Part shown: one piece after another, positions 8,739 through 18,209 of the stretch
How the letters are laid out: the number at the start of each line of letters is the position of its first letter
Position numbering within the stretch: position 1 is the stretch's first letter
Assembly: GCA_046483495.1 (NCBI GenBank)
Contig: JAWODC010000054.1
Coordinates: 1 to 62,490 of the forward strand
Source: Desulfobacterales bacterium
Lineage (GTDB): Bacteria > Desulfobacterota > Desulfobacteria > Desulfobacterales > UBA5616
Direction: 5' to 3'
DNA: 62,490 nt
Position numbers and translations under genes: made by a program
The notes under the pieces: model-generated
What the model saw: the letters and a program-made list of their open reading frames with translations, nothing else
Told to the model about the DNA's origin: nothing
Databases searched by the model: none

Positions 8739-11045
8739 ATGTCCAACGTACCGGAAAATTCAAGAAATCTTTATTACCGGCTGGTGGAGGAAATCAACAG
8801 CATCATCATCGAAATCAACAGCAGTGGCAGGATTACGTTTCTTAACAGCTTCACGGAAAAATTATTCGAATACCGCCGTGATGAACTGATCGGCAAACCC
8901 ATTGTCGGCACGATTTTACCGGAAAAAGACAGCGAAGGAACAGAAAACGCCGGTTTGGTTGCCGATATGATTCGCGAACCGGAAAAGTTTTATTTCAATG
9001 AGAGCATCGGGAAAAGCAAAACAGGCAGACCGATATTCTTCTCCTGGAGCGCCCGTGCCGTCAAGCACCCGGAAACCGTCGATACGTTGATTTTGATCGA
9101 CGGAAACGATACGTCAGCGGTTGCTGAATACCGGAGACAGGCGAGAAATGCATACCGGATCATCAATGCCTCGAAAAATGCCGTCATGCGCATGGACATG
9201 AAAAAAACCTGCCTTTTTGCAAACCGTGCATTCGCCGACCTGCTGGGAAAGACCATCGAGGAAATCGAGGGATCACATTTACATCGGATAGGTTTGCCGG
9301 AGCATACGGTTTACGAAATTGAAAAAACCACGGAAGAGATGCTTCAGAAGGGGGAAGACCATCTGCTGGAGTTCCGGCTCGGAGCCAGGGTTCTGCTGTT
9401 CCTTGTTCAACCGGAATACGGCAAGCATGGAAACGTATCCGGTTTTCTCATTTTTGCCCATGACATTACCGAATCTAAATTAAAGGAAGATGAACTGCGC
9501 AAAAGCCGGCAGCGCACCATGGAAATCCTGGAAAGCATAACAGACATGTTTTACGCTGTGGATGCGAAATGGCGGCTCACCTACATCAACAAGAAATCAG
9601 AGGAGTTAATCGGCCGCTCCCGCCAGGCGTTGTTGGGAAAATACATTTGGGACCTGATACCGGATCATCAAGACTCCGAGGCCTACCGGGCGCATTTGAA
9701 AGCGATGGAACAGCGCGTTCCCATTCATCTCGAGAATTTCTCGAAACTGTTTCAGGGTTGGTTCGAGGTGAATATCAATCCCACCGCCGATGGCGGCCTT
9801 TCGGTTTTTTTCAGGGATATCACAGAGCGAAAGCGGTCCGAAGAGGAATTGTGGCGATTTAAAGAAACGCTGGAACAGAAGGTTTCTGAACGCACGGCTC
9901 TTGCAGAAAATCGGGCGAGGCAGCTTCGAGCGCTCGTCTCCGAACTGACGCTTTCCGAACAGCGCGAACGGCAGCGCATTGCGGAAGTCCTGCATGATCA
10001 CCTGCAGCAGCTCCTGATCGCCGCAAAGATGAACAGCGAGATATTATCTTCTAAAACCGGTACGGACCGGACCAGGGTTCTCGAGAATCTAAAACATCTG
10101 ATCGACCAGTCAATCCAGGCCTCCCGCTCGCTGACGTCCGAATTGTCTCCGCCGGCGCTGAAACAGGGGCGCCTGTCCGACTCACTGGAATGGCTGGCCT
10201 GGTGGATGCAGGAAAACCAGGGGCTTACGGTTGAACTGGCGATAAACCCGGAACTGGACCCGGAGGAGGAAGATATCAGCATTTTGCTGTTCCAATCGGC
10301 CCGTGAACTGCTCTTGAATGTCGTCAAACATGCAGGGGTAAATGCCGCACGTGTCAGCATGTTCGCCGCCGAAGACAACCTGCTCTGCCTGTCGGTGATC
10401 GACCAGGGCGCCGGGTTCGATCCGAATACCCTTTGGGAGAACGTGCAAACCCGATCCGGATTCGGGCTTTTCACCATTCGCGAGCGCCTGAAGCTGTTGG
10501 GCGGAAACCTGGACATTCAAAGTGCGCCCGGCAAAGGCGCTCAGTTTACCCTGTGCGTTCCTTTTGAAGTCGCGCGCAAACCGAAAGAAGCACCCACCCG
10601 GAAAATCGTTCCCGAAACGAAAGTCGCCAGAAAACCCGGAGAAATCATCCAGGTGCTGATCGTAGACGATCACACGGTTGTCCGCCAGGGGTTATCCACC
10701 ATGCTTGCCCTCCAGACGGACATCGAGATTGTCGGTGAGGCTTCGAACGGGAAAGAAGCCGTGGATATGACCCGGAAGCTGATGCCGGATGTCATCCTTA
10801 TGGACGTTGCCATGCCCGAAATGGACGGCATCGAAGCTACCCGGATCATCAAAACCGAACATCCTCACATCTGCATTTTAGCACTGTCGATGCACGATGC
10901 ACGGGCGAAGATCGATGACATGCTGAATGCGGGCGCATCGGCTTACTTTACCAAAGACGGGGACACCCATGTTCTGGTATCGGCCATACGCGGAGAAACC
11001 GGAGATGCCTGCGAGTTTCAGGGCTTATCACCCGAATCTAGATAG
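8739..11045 (+). CDS. Hybrid sensor histidine kinase (three PAS, HisKA_3, HATPase, C-terminal REC)
   Basis: ERQRIAEVLHDHLQQ H-box; DQGAGF and GFGL boxes; REC with VDDH, LMDVAMP, YFTK. Confidence 0.92.
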   Translation: MSNVPENSRNLYYRLVEEINSIIIEINSSGRITFLNSFTEKLFEYRRDELIGKPIVGTILPEKDSEGTENAGLVADMIREPEKFYFNESIGKSKTGRPIFFSWSARAVKHPETVDTLILIDGNDTSAVAEYRRQARNAYRIINASKNAVMRMDMKKTCLFANRAFADLLGKTIEEIEGSHLHRIGLPEHTVYEIEKTTEEMLQKGEDHLLEFRLGARVLLFLVQPEYGKHGNVSGFLIFAHDITESKLKEDELRKSRQRTMEILESITDMFYAVDAKWRLTYINKKSEELIGRSRQALLGKYIWDLIPDHQDSEAYRAHLKAMEQRVPIHLENFSKLFQGWFEVNINPTADGGLSVFFRDITERKRSEEELWRFKETLEQKVSERTALAENRARQLRALVSELTLSEQRERQRIAEVLHDHLQQLLIAAKMNSEILSSKTGTDRTRVLENLKHLIDQSIQASRSLTSELSPPALKQGRLSDSLEWLAWWMQENQGLTVELAINPELDPEEEDISILLFQSARELLLNVVKHAGVNAARVSMFAAEDNLLCLSVIDQGAGFDPNTLWENVQTRSGFGLFTIRERLKLLGGNLDIQSAPGKGAQFTLCVPFEVARKPKEAPTRKIVPETKVARKPGEIIQVLIVDDHTVVRQGLSTMLALQTDIEIVGEASNGKEAVDMTRKLMPDVILMDVAMPEMDGIEATRIIKTEHPHICILALSMHDARAKIDDMLNAGASAYFTKDGDTHVLVSAIRGETGDACEFQGLSPESR

Positions 11046-11238
11046 ATGACCAACACCTGCCTCCATGGCAAGTCGCAATCGCCGATCATCCCAAAATCCA
11101 AAAAATATACATGATTGCCTTTATTTATAACCGGCGCCTATTTTGGTTGAATGATTCAAGAGGCGGCGCTTTTAAGACGAAGCGTCGATTTCGGTTAAAA
11201 AACATCAAACAAAAACATTAAAAAAGGAGGCGATTTTT

Positions 11239-11904
11239 ATGCGGCAGGCAAACCGAATCTTTTTCACTTCCCTGGTGCTGATATGCTTGGCTTGCGGAAC
11301 CGGTACCGTTTACGGCGTCGACGAAAACCCCTATGCATTGCCTGATGAGACATGGATCAGCATAAGCGGAACAGCAGTAGAAGCGGGGGAGAAATCATTT
11401 CTTTTGGATTATGGAAAGGGAATGGTCGTTGTCGAAATGGATGACTGGGACTGGTACAAGGAAGGGCATAACATCGTTGAAGGCGATAAAGTGACCGTCT
11501 ACGGAAGGGTCGACGACGATCTCTTTGAAACCACCACTATCGAAGCCGACAGTGTCTATGTGGAGGGGCTCGGCACCTACTTTTACGCCGATTCCGATGA
11601 TGAAGAAATAGCTGAACCTTACAATTACTGGGTTTCCGGAGGGCCGATTATTCCAGGGCAGGTTTACGTGCGCGGAAAAGTGACCGGTGTTGAAGAGCGA
11701 AAATTTACCATAGACACCGGCCCCCGGAAGTTGACGATCGATACCGATGAGATGGTTTACAACCCGATTGACAAGAAAGGTTATCAATGGGTCGAAAAAG
11801 GGGATCATGTCCTCGTGGGTGGACAACTGGAAAAAGACTTCTGGGGAAATCGTGAAGTGGCGGCGAATACCGTTGTCGAAATCGTAGGGGAAAAAAGGCA
11901 ATAG
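11239..11904 (+). CDS. Secreted tandem OB-fold protein (YgiW/YdeI-like)
   Basis: Signal peptide; two repeats of G-V...F.(L/I)D.G...GD.V.V.G; AGGAGG RBS. Confidence 0.7.
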   Translation: MRQANRIFFTSLVLICLACGTGTVYGVDENPYALPDETWISISGTAVEAGEKSFLLDYGKGMVVVEMDDWDWYKEGHNIVEGDKVTVYGRVDDDLFETTTIEADSVYVEGLGTYFYADSDDEEIAEPYNYWVSGGPIIPGQVYVRGKVTGVEERKFTIDTGPRKLTIDTDEMVYNPIDKKGYQWVEKGDHVLVGGQLEKDFWGNREVAANTVVEIVGEKRQ

Positions 11905-11970
11905 TTTCTTCGCAGAGCTGACATCCAAATGAAATGCCGGAGTGCCTCGATGAGGAAAGGAGGAATCGAT

Positions 11971-12390
11971 ATGCTTTGGATCGATTTGGTGCTTATCATT
12001 TTTTTGGCTTTTATTTTAAGCGGTATCGTCAGTTGGGGTTTGGGGTGGCGGCACCCGGCTAAAACGGAGGCCATAGGCGCTTCATTTCTATTCCTGTTTC
12101 TGATTCTCGTTTTATCCTTGTGGGCGGCCGGCCTCTGGATCACCCCGAGGGGGCCGGTCATTTACGATACGCCATGGTTGGAGCTGCTTATTATAGGTGT
12201 GTTCATTGCTCTGATTATATTGGCCGTCTCTTATCCGACCCGGCGGGCAAGGCGATTGACCGAAAGCGATCTGGAAGTTCAGGAGGCAAGGGAGGAAGAC
12301 GTCGTCGCGTCGGCGTTCAGTGTGTTTTTCTGGATTCTTATCGTCGGATTGTTGATTGTGGCCCTCCTTGCATTATTTGCCGGTGTGTGA
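11971..12390 (+). CDS. Hypothetical membrane protein (about 4 TM)
   Basis: AGGAGG RBS; four hydrophobic segments. Confidence 0.75.
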   Translation: MLWIDLVLIIFLAFILSGIVSWGLGWRHPAKTEAIGASFLFLFLILVLSLWAAGLWITPRGPVIYDTPWLELLIIGVFIALIILAVSYPTRRARRLTESDLEVQEAREEDVVASAFSVFFWILIVGLLIVALLALFAGV

Positions 12391-12398
12391 TTTATACA

Positions 12399-12530
12399 TT
12401 GAAGCATCGCATGCGCACCTTCCAGAGCACGTTTCATGCCAATCCCGATTACGCCCTTTGGTATGGCTGGAGCGCCATGCAGAGGGATTTGACCGAAATC
12501 AAAGCATTGGCGGCGGAAATGCGGAAATAG
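12399..12530 (+). pseudogene. 3' remnant of a multiheme cytochrome c (hydroxylamine oxidoreductase-like family)
   Basis: LKHRMRTFQSTFHANPDYALWYGWSAMQRDLTEIKALAAEMRK* resembles the FH.NPDY..WYGW C-terminus of this family; the heme-bearing part is absent. Confidence 0.7.
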
Positions 12531-12724
12531 AATTCTCAACTCCGTTGCTTGCGGCTGCATTTTCATTCAACATAAGCGGCTGAACAGTGAACCCGGTGTT
12601 TCGCGTCAACCGTAATTCCATCCGGAAATTCGAACATTCGATCAGGTAACATCCGCCGGATAATGTTCATCCGGCAACGTTTTTGGACGAACATTTCCGG
12701 CCGACGCAGAAATGGAGGTGGCGA

Positions 12725-13999
12725 GTGACTCATCAACCGGCAGCATTTCTCGAGGGGTACCGCGTGCTGGACCTTACCGATGAAAAAGGGCAGCTCTGCG
12801 GAAAAATACTGGGCGACATGGGAGCGGATGTCATTCAGATCGAACCGCCCGGCGGGGATAAGCTTCGCAACAGGGGGCCGTTTTATAAGGACACCCCGGA
12901 CCCGGAAAAGAGCCTTCCATGGCTTTACGCCAACCTCAACAAACGGGGCATCACGCTCGACATCGAAACGGAAGACGGTAAAGCGATTCTGCAGCGTCTG
13001 GTGGAACATGCGGATTTTATCATCGAATCGTTTGAACCGGGGTACATGGAAAAGCTGGGATTGGGATACGGCCGCCTGGAAAAAATCAAACCCGATATCG
13101 TTATGACATCCATCACGCCTTTCGGAAGCAAGGGACCGTATGCGGGCTACAAAGCGACGGACCTCGTCGGCGTTTCCATGGGCGGCCTGGTGCGCCTTTT
13201 CGGTGAAGTGGACGGACCCCCGGTGAGATTCAGCGCCCCGCAGTTTTACTACCTCGGGTCTATCCACGGAGCCATGGGTTCAATGGTGGCCCATTATCAC
13301 CGGGAATTGACCGGAGAGGGCCAGCATGTGGATGTGTCCTGTCAGCAGGCGACGATTCTGGCCAATCGGATTTCCGTGGAAACCTATGATTTGCTGAAGA
13401 TAAATCCCCGCGGGGCCGGGCCCAATACGCCCGTCCCCAGGCCGACCCCGCCGGGCCCCATTTCGATACCCATCGTCAAAAAATGCAAGGACGGCCACCT
13501 CGTGGGGTACATGGTCGGCGGTGCCCAGGCCGGTTTCGTAAAATCCTCGAGAGCCCTGGTCCAATGGGCAAACGAGGAGGGCATGGCCATGGAATTGAAG
13601 GATTACAAGTGGGAAGCATTGGACGGCTCCGTCATGACGCAGGAAGATATCGATTGGCCTCACCGCATCATGGACCCATTTTTCCTCACCAAAACCAAGG
13701 CCGAACTGATGGAAAAGGCCGTCGAAAAAGAAATCATGTTCATCCCGGTCAATACGACCGAGGACCTGGCCCAAAGCCCGCAGCTCGCCTACCGGGATTT
13801 CTGGACGGATGTCGACCATCCCGAACTGGGATGCCGGTTGACATACCCGGGCTGGCCGATCCAATGGAACCGCCTGCCGCCCTACCGGCCTCAGCGCCGG
13901 GCGCCGATGATCGGCGAGCACAATGAAGCGATATACGGGAAAGAACTGGGATTGCCCAACGATCGATTGGTGATGCTGAAAACCCACGGGGTGATTTAG
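12725..13999 (+). CDS. Class III CoA-transferase (CaiB/BaiF), BbsE-like subunit
   Basis: RVLDLT...GADVIQIEPPGGD, NLNKRGITLD, GEGQHVDVS, APMIGEHN; GTG start after GGAGG. Confidence 0.9.
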   Translation: MTHQPAAFLEGYRVLDLTDEKGQLCGKILGDMGADVIQIEPPGGDKLRNRGPFYKDTPDPEKSLPWLYANLNKRGITLDIETEDGKAILQRLVEHADFIIESFEPGYMEKLGLGYGRLEKIKPDIVMTSITPFGSKGPYAGYKATDLVGVSMGGLVRLFGEVDGPPVRFSAPQFYYLGSIHGAMGSMVAHYHRELTGEGQHVDVSCQQATILANRISVETYDLLKINPRGAGPNTPVPRPTPPGPISIPIVKKCKDGHLVGYMVGGAQAGFVKSSRALVQWANEEGMAMELKDYKWEALDGSVMTQEDIDWPHRIMDPFFLTKTKAELMEKAVEKEIMFIPVNTTEDLAQSPQLAYRDFWTDVDHPELGCRLTYPGWPIQWNRLPPYRPQRRAPMIGEHNEAIYGKELGLPNDRLVMLKTHGVI

Positions 14000-14009
14000 G
14001 GAGGAGAAA

Positions 14010-15260
14010 ATGACACGGCAGATATTTGAAGGGATAAAGGTAGCGGATTTTGCATGGGTCGGCGTCGGTCCTCAAGTGGGGAGGGAACTCGCACAGCATG
14101 GAGCCGCCGTTGTGCGTGTGGAATCCCACAAGCGGCCCGACACATTGCGAACGGCGTCCCCCTTTCGGTACAATAAACCGGGAATCGACCGCAGCGCCTT
14201 CGGGGCCTGCTACAATACGAATAAATACGGGATGAGCCTGGATTTGTCCAAAGACAAAGGAAAAGAGGTCGCAAAAAGGCTTATTCAATGGGCCGATATC
14301 GTAACCGACGGGTTTACACCCGGCACCATGGATGCGTGGGGGCTGGGTTATGAACAGGCCTGCGCAATCAAGCCGGACATCATTTACTTTTCAACCTGCC
14401 AGATGGGAAAAAAAGGGCCGTTAAACACGTTCGGCGGCTACGGCGAATTCGGCGCGGCCTACAGCGGCTTCTGCAACATTCTCGGTTGGCCGGACCGCAT
14501 GCCGCTGCCGGTGGTCAATGCCCATACGGATTTTATCTCGCCCTGGTACCTGGTAATGACGGTTATCGGCGCACTGCTTCACCGGCGTAAGACCGGGGAG
14601 GGCATGTACCTGGACCAGTCACAGATCGAAGCCGGAGTGACCTTTCTGGGTCCTCAGATGCTGGATTATTTTGCCAACAACCGAATCGCAAGCCGAATGG
14701 GAAACCACGATCCCCATTGGGTTCCCCACAGCGTCTATCCCTGTCTGGGAGAAGACCGGTGGATCGCCATTGCCGTTACCAACGACGAAGAGTGGCGACG
14801 TTTGTGTTCGGTGATGGGATCTCCGGAGCTGATGGAAAACGATAAATTTTCAACCCTCTATTCAAGAAAACAGCATGAAGACGAACTGGACGAAATGATC
14901 GGTCAATGGTCTGAAACGTTTACGCCGCATCAGCTGATGGCCATGCTTCAGGACGCCGGTGTGCCCGCCGGTGCGGTTCAAACGGCGGAAGATCTTTTAA
15001 ACGACCCCCAGTTGAAAGAACGGCGCCATTTCCGTTATCTCCATCACCAGGTCATAGGCACCCATGCCTACAATGCCCCTGCCTACCACCTGTCGAAAAC
15101 ACCCAATGACATCAAAAAGGCCGGCCCCTGCCTGGGCGAAGACAACGAATACGTCTATTCCAAAATCCTGGGGTATACGGATGAAGAGATCGAGGATATG
15201 CTGATCGATGGCGTCATCACCACCGACGCGGATGTCCCGGACGTGCTGAAAGGGGCCTGA
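14010..15260 (+). CDS. Class III CoA-transferase (CaiB/BaiF), BbsF-like subunit
   Basis: ADFAWVGVGP, NTNKYGMSLD, HTDF (catalytic Asp position), GPCLGEDN. Confidence 0.92.
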   Translation: MTRQIFEGIKVADFAWVGVGPQVGRELAQHGAAVVRVESHKRPDTLRTASPFRYNKPGIDRSAFGACYNTNKYGMSLDLSKDKGKEVAKRLIQWADIVTDGFTPGTMDAWGLGYEQACAIKPDIIYFSTCQMGKKGPLNTFGGYGEFGAAYSGFCNILGWPDRMPLPVVNAHTDFISPWYLVMTVIGALLHRRKTGEGMYLDQSQIEAGVTFLGPQMLDYFANNRIASRMGNHDPHWVPHSVYPCLGEDRWIAIAVTNDEEWRRLCSVMGSPELMENDKFSTLYSRKQHEDELDEMIGQWSETFTPHQLMAMLQDAGVPAGAVQTAEDLLNDPQLKERRHFRYLHHQVIGTHAYNAPAYHLSKTPNDIKKAGPCLGEDNEYVYSKILGYTDEEIEDMLIDGVITTDADVPDVLKGA

Positions 15261-15356
15261 TTCCTTTAAGGCGGCATCGAAACAGGATTGCTCTATTGGT
15301 ATCAATAAGGTTCACAAGATTGACTCAGACCATCGATCCTGCGGCATTACGTGCCT

Positions 15357-15824
15357 TTACCGGGTATATTCTTCTTCAAATCCAACCGGCTTGATGACCG
15401 TTTGGCCTTGTTCATCCAATTTGGCCTCTTCCTCGATTTCCTGCAGATGATCGGCGATGTCCTCAGGGCCGGACGGTATGCTTGCCGTCTTTCCGGCCCT
15501 TCGTTTCGCCAGTATTCCGGCCATTCCGGTGATCAGCCCCGCCGTCATCAGGCCTGCACCGACATACAGGCCGGTTTTTCGGCTGTTTTGCAGATGTCTT
15601 TGGCCCTGGGTTTTGCTTCTCCTTAAGTAATCCCTGGATCGGCTCCCCGCACTTTTTATTTTTCCGCCGGTCTGTTTCAGGGTATCCCTTACTTTGGCGT
15701 TGATTCGTTCTTTTTCGATGTCGGCCTCCGTTTTAATATCCTGGATCGTATGCGAAGCCTCTTTTCTCGCTGCATCAATTTCGCCTTCCAATCGATTTAT
15801 CTCCGGATTTCGGTTATGTGCCAT
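15357..15824 (-). CDS. DUF3618-like hypothetical protein with one TM
   Basis: N-terminal PEINRLEGEIDAARKE helix; GGAGG RBS; directly downstream of a holin-family gene. Confidence 0.6.
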   Translation of the reverse strand: MAHNRNPEINRLEGEIDAARKEASHTIQDIKTEADIEKERINAKVRDTLKQTGGKIKSAGSRSRDYLRRSKTQGQRHLQNSRKTGLYVGAGLMTAGLITGMAGILAKRRAGKTASIPSGPEDIADHLQEIEEEAKLDEQGQTVIKPVGFEEEYTR

Positions 15825-15856
15825 GTCTGACCTCCTTTGCCCTTTATCAGCAGAAT

Positions 15857-16255
15857 TTACCGGTTAATGCCGTGCATTTCATCTTTGAGCCATTTCTTGT
15901 CATCGCGAAGCGCGGATGCCGTGTGTTCGGGAACGACATTGAATTGTTTCAAATGCTTCAATCCCGTCATTGCCGCGATAATACCTGCCAGTGTGACGAC
16001 AACTCCGACAATCAGGGCCGCCGCCCACATGGAAACGACAGTGGAGAGTGCAAATACCACAGCGGCCAAAAGAACCAGCACACCCATATAAATGACAGCC
16101 CCTCCGATGATTACGGCAACCGTATTTTTTACTGCTGATGTGGTTTTTTCCGCCATTTCAGCTTTTGCCAGATTGATCTCATTTCGAATCAGGCTGCGAA
16201 TCTCTTCGATCAAATCGGCAAACAGCTGTTTTAACGAGTTGTCTATTACATTCAT
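15857..16255 (-). CDS. Phage holin family (holin-X/YqjE-like) membrane protein
   Basis: LIRNEINLAKAEM followed by two TM helices, then P..T...L..D. Confidence 0.8.
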   Translation of the reverse strand: MNVIDNSLKQLFADLIEEIRSLIRNEINLAKAEMAEKTTSAVKNTVAVIIGGAVIYMGVLVLLAAVVFALSTVVSMWAAALIVGVVVTLAGIIAAMTGLKHLKQFNVVPEHTASALRDDKKWLKDEMHGINR

Positions 16256-16389
16256 GAATTTGCTCCTTTTTTTACACCCGTATGGTGTTCGATTAATGGA
16301 CACTCTGTTGCTGCCTGAACGGAGGTATAAGCGGCAGATTGTCTGTCATAGGAACGGCTGCTCGGAAGTCGCTGCAAACGGTGGATCGT

Positions 16390-16710
16390 TCATTCTTCGG
16401 TTCGCTTCGATTCTTCCTCCAGCTCCTCTCGAATTTCATCATAAAGCTGATGCTCCCGCCGGGTTTCCGGCAAAAGCAGGCCGGCCAAAAATCCTGCCGC
16501 AATAAAAAACCCCGCGACCATGAACGTATGGTTCATCATCATTTGCCTGGCCTTTTCCGAACCCCTGCCGACCCCTCTTTCCATGCCGTGAACCATTTCT
16601 GCTGCCTTTCCACGCATCCGTTTTTCCCGGGTTTCAGCTTTTTCCGAAACATTCAGTTCGGGGGCATAGGGATCGGTAATCGGATCTTGTGTATCATTCA
16701 TTTGTCTCAC
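16390..16710 (-). CDS. ElaB/YtxH-like small membrane-anchored protein, possibly truncated by a nonsense codon
   Basis: AAGFLAGLLLPETRRE motif; the frame stays open after the TGA at 16390-16392. Confidence 0.6.
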   Translation of the reverse strand: MRQMNDTQDPITDPYAPELNVSEKAETREKRMRGKAAEMVHGMERGVGRGSEKARQMMMNHTFMVAGFFIAAGFLAGLLLPETRREHQLYDEIREELEEESKRTEE

Positions 16711-16726
16711 TCCTTACAAAAGCTGT

Positions 16727-17128
16727 TTAGTCGCTGTTTTGGGATGCCTTGTAAACGCGCGCCAATAGTATACCGCCGGCCAGGCAGGCTCCTATAAACA
16801 TCCCGGTCCTATGATTCGAAAATTCACGGATATCCTCTTTCAGCCCGTCAATGGGACGATTCTGCATATACGATCCGGCGCGTTCCAGGCGGTCGGCCGC
16901 CTTGAATATGTATTCCCGAATCAGGCGCTGTTCTTCTGCTTCGAAGCAATCCCCGGCCTTTTTGAGCGATTTTGCAGCTTTCTCCGTTTTCTCACCGGCA
17001 AGGATTACCTGATCCGCGCAGCGTGATTTGAAATAAGCCGCGATTCGATCGTTGATGTTTTTTTCCTGGTTCGCCCCGTATCCGGAGGCGCCTTCCGCGG
17101 TTTGTTCAGTGCTTGTGTTTTCAGGCAT
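16727..17128 (-). CDS. Hypothetical protein with C-terminal TM (stress cluster)
   Basis: AADRLERAGSYM...FIGACLAGGILLAR; AGGAGG RBS. Confidence 0.7.
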   Translation of the reverse strand: MPENTSTEQTAEGASGYGANQEKNINDRIAAYFKSRCADQVILAGEKTEKAAKSLKKAGDCFEAEEQRLIREYIFKAADRLERAGSYMQNRPIDGLKEDIREFSNHRTGMFIGACLAGGILLARVYKASQNSD

Positions 17129-17297
17129 GTTCATCCTCCTTTTGATAATACCTTTGGGCCAATATACAAGACTTTGAAGCCCCGTAAAATATAGGCAAAC
17201 CTGTATTAGTAGAAGAAAGGCTGTGTAATCAACCGGTGTCCGCACCGAAACGGCATCGCCTAAACGGCGTTTTCGCTTTTTTGAAATCCTCAAAATC

Positions 17298-17441
17298 AGT
17301 GTCCGTCCAGAAATAGGCAATTTCGCGTGAGTTCAAGGCGGACCCAAGATCGAAACCGCAGGAATAGTATACTATTTTGAGGATTTCGATCTTGGGTCCA
17401 ACGCAGAAATCGCGTGAAAGGGCCATTTATGGATGGACACT
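17298..17441. repeat. Palindromic intergenic element, copy 1
   Basis: Terminal AGTGTCC/GGACACT; inner 16-bp stem GGACCCAAGATCGAAA/TTTCGATCTTGGGTCC around core CGCAGGAATAG-TATA-CTATTTTGAGG. Confidence 0.85.
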
Positions 17442-17598
17442 AGTTGGTGTTTTTCGAGGCACTCAATAATGCAATCGTTCACGCCTACAGGTTGCGTTTT
17501 TGCACCTATAGTATTCGGAAATTTTATGGATTCCGGCTTAAATTTGATATGTATTTGTATTTACAACCTTTTTTAATACCAATGGCAGGGTTCTGTAA

Positions 17599-17614
17599 TG
17601 GCATCGGTTTTGCT
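17599..17614 (+). promoter_or_regulatory. sigma54 (-24/-12) promoter
   Basis: TGGCATC-GGTT-TTGCT fits TGGCACG-N4-TTGCW, about 77 nt upstream of the nuoE-like gene. Confidence 0.65.
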
Positions 17615-17690
17615 ACTATTTCAATCTGAAATCATACAAACAAACCTTCTGATTCGAACAAAGCCCGATATAATCATAGGGGATGTTAAC

Positions 17691-18209
17691 ATGGCTGCAC
17701 ACGTACCGACGAATCCGGATTTTACCCCGGAAAAATCCTGTGAGCTCGATGAGCGCATCAAAGCGCTCGAGGGGCGGATCGGAGCGACGATCAAAATCAT
17801 GGCCGAAGCCCAGCAGCTGTTCGGCTATCTGCCCGAGGAAGCCATGGCACAGATCGCACACGGCCTCGGCGTGCCACCTGCCGACGTATTCGGCATTGCA
17901 ACCTTCTATGCCTATTTTCGCACCTCACCTCCGGCCCGAAACACCATCACATCCTGCCAGGGTACGGCCTGTTATGTCAGCGGCGGGAAGGAAGTGCTCG
18001 ACGAGCTCGAACGAAGGCTCGAGATAAAACGTGGTGAAACCACGTTGGACCGTGAATTTTCCATTCAGTCGGTTCGGTGTATCGGGGCATGTGCGCTGGC
18101 GCCGGTTATCAAAATCAATGATAATATCTACAGCCGGGTAACCCCCCGGAAAATCCCCGGCATTTTATCCCGGTATGCCGCCCTTCATCGACAAGGGAAA
18201 ACATCATGA
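17691..18209 (+). CDS. NuoE/HydC-like [2Fe-2S] subunit
   Basis: ATFYAYF, CQGTAC...VRCIGACALAP. Confidence 0.92.
   Translation: MAAHVPTNPDFTPEKSCELDERIKALEGRIGATIKIMAEAQQLFGYLPEEAMAQIAHGLGVPPADVFGIATFYAYFRTSPPARNTITSCQGTACYVSGGKEVLDELERRLEIKRGETTLDREFSIQSVRCIGACALAPVIKINDNIYSRVTPRKIPGILSRYAALHRQGKTS

Noticed and set aside
15857..16255. Holin as evidence of a prophage
   Set aside because: No structural, lysin or integrase genes nearby; this family occurs in non-phage clusters.
16390..16392. TGA in the ElaB-like gene as selenocysteine
   Set aside because: No Cys or redox context; a normal stop or nonsense mutation is more likely.
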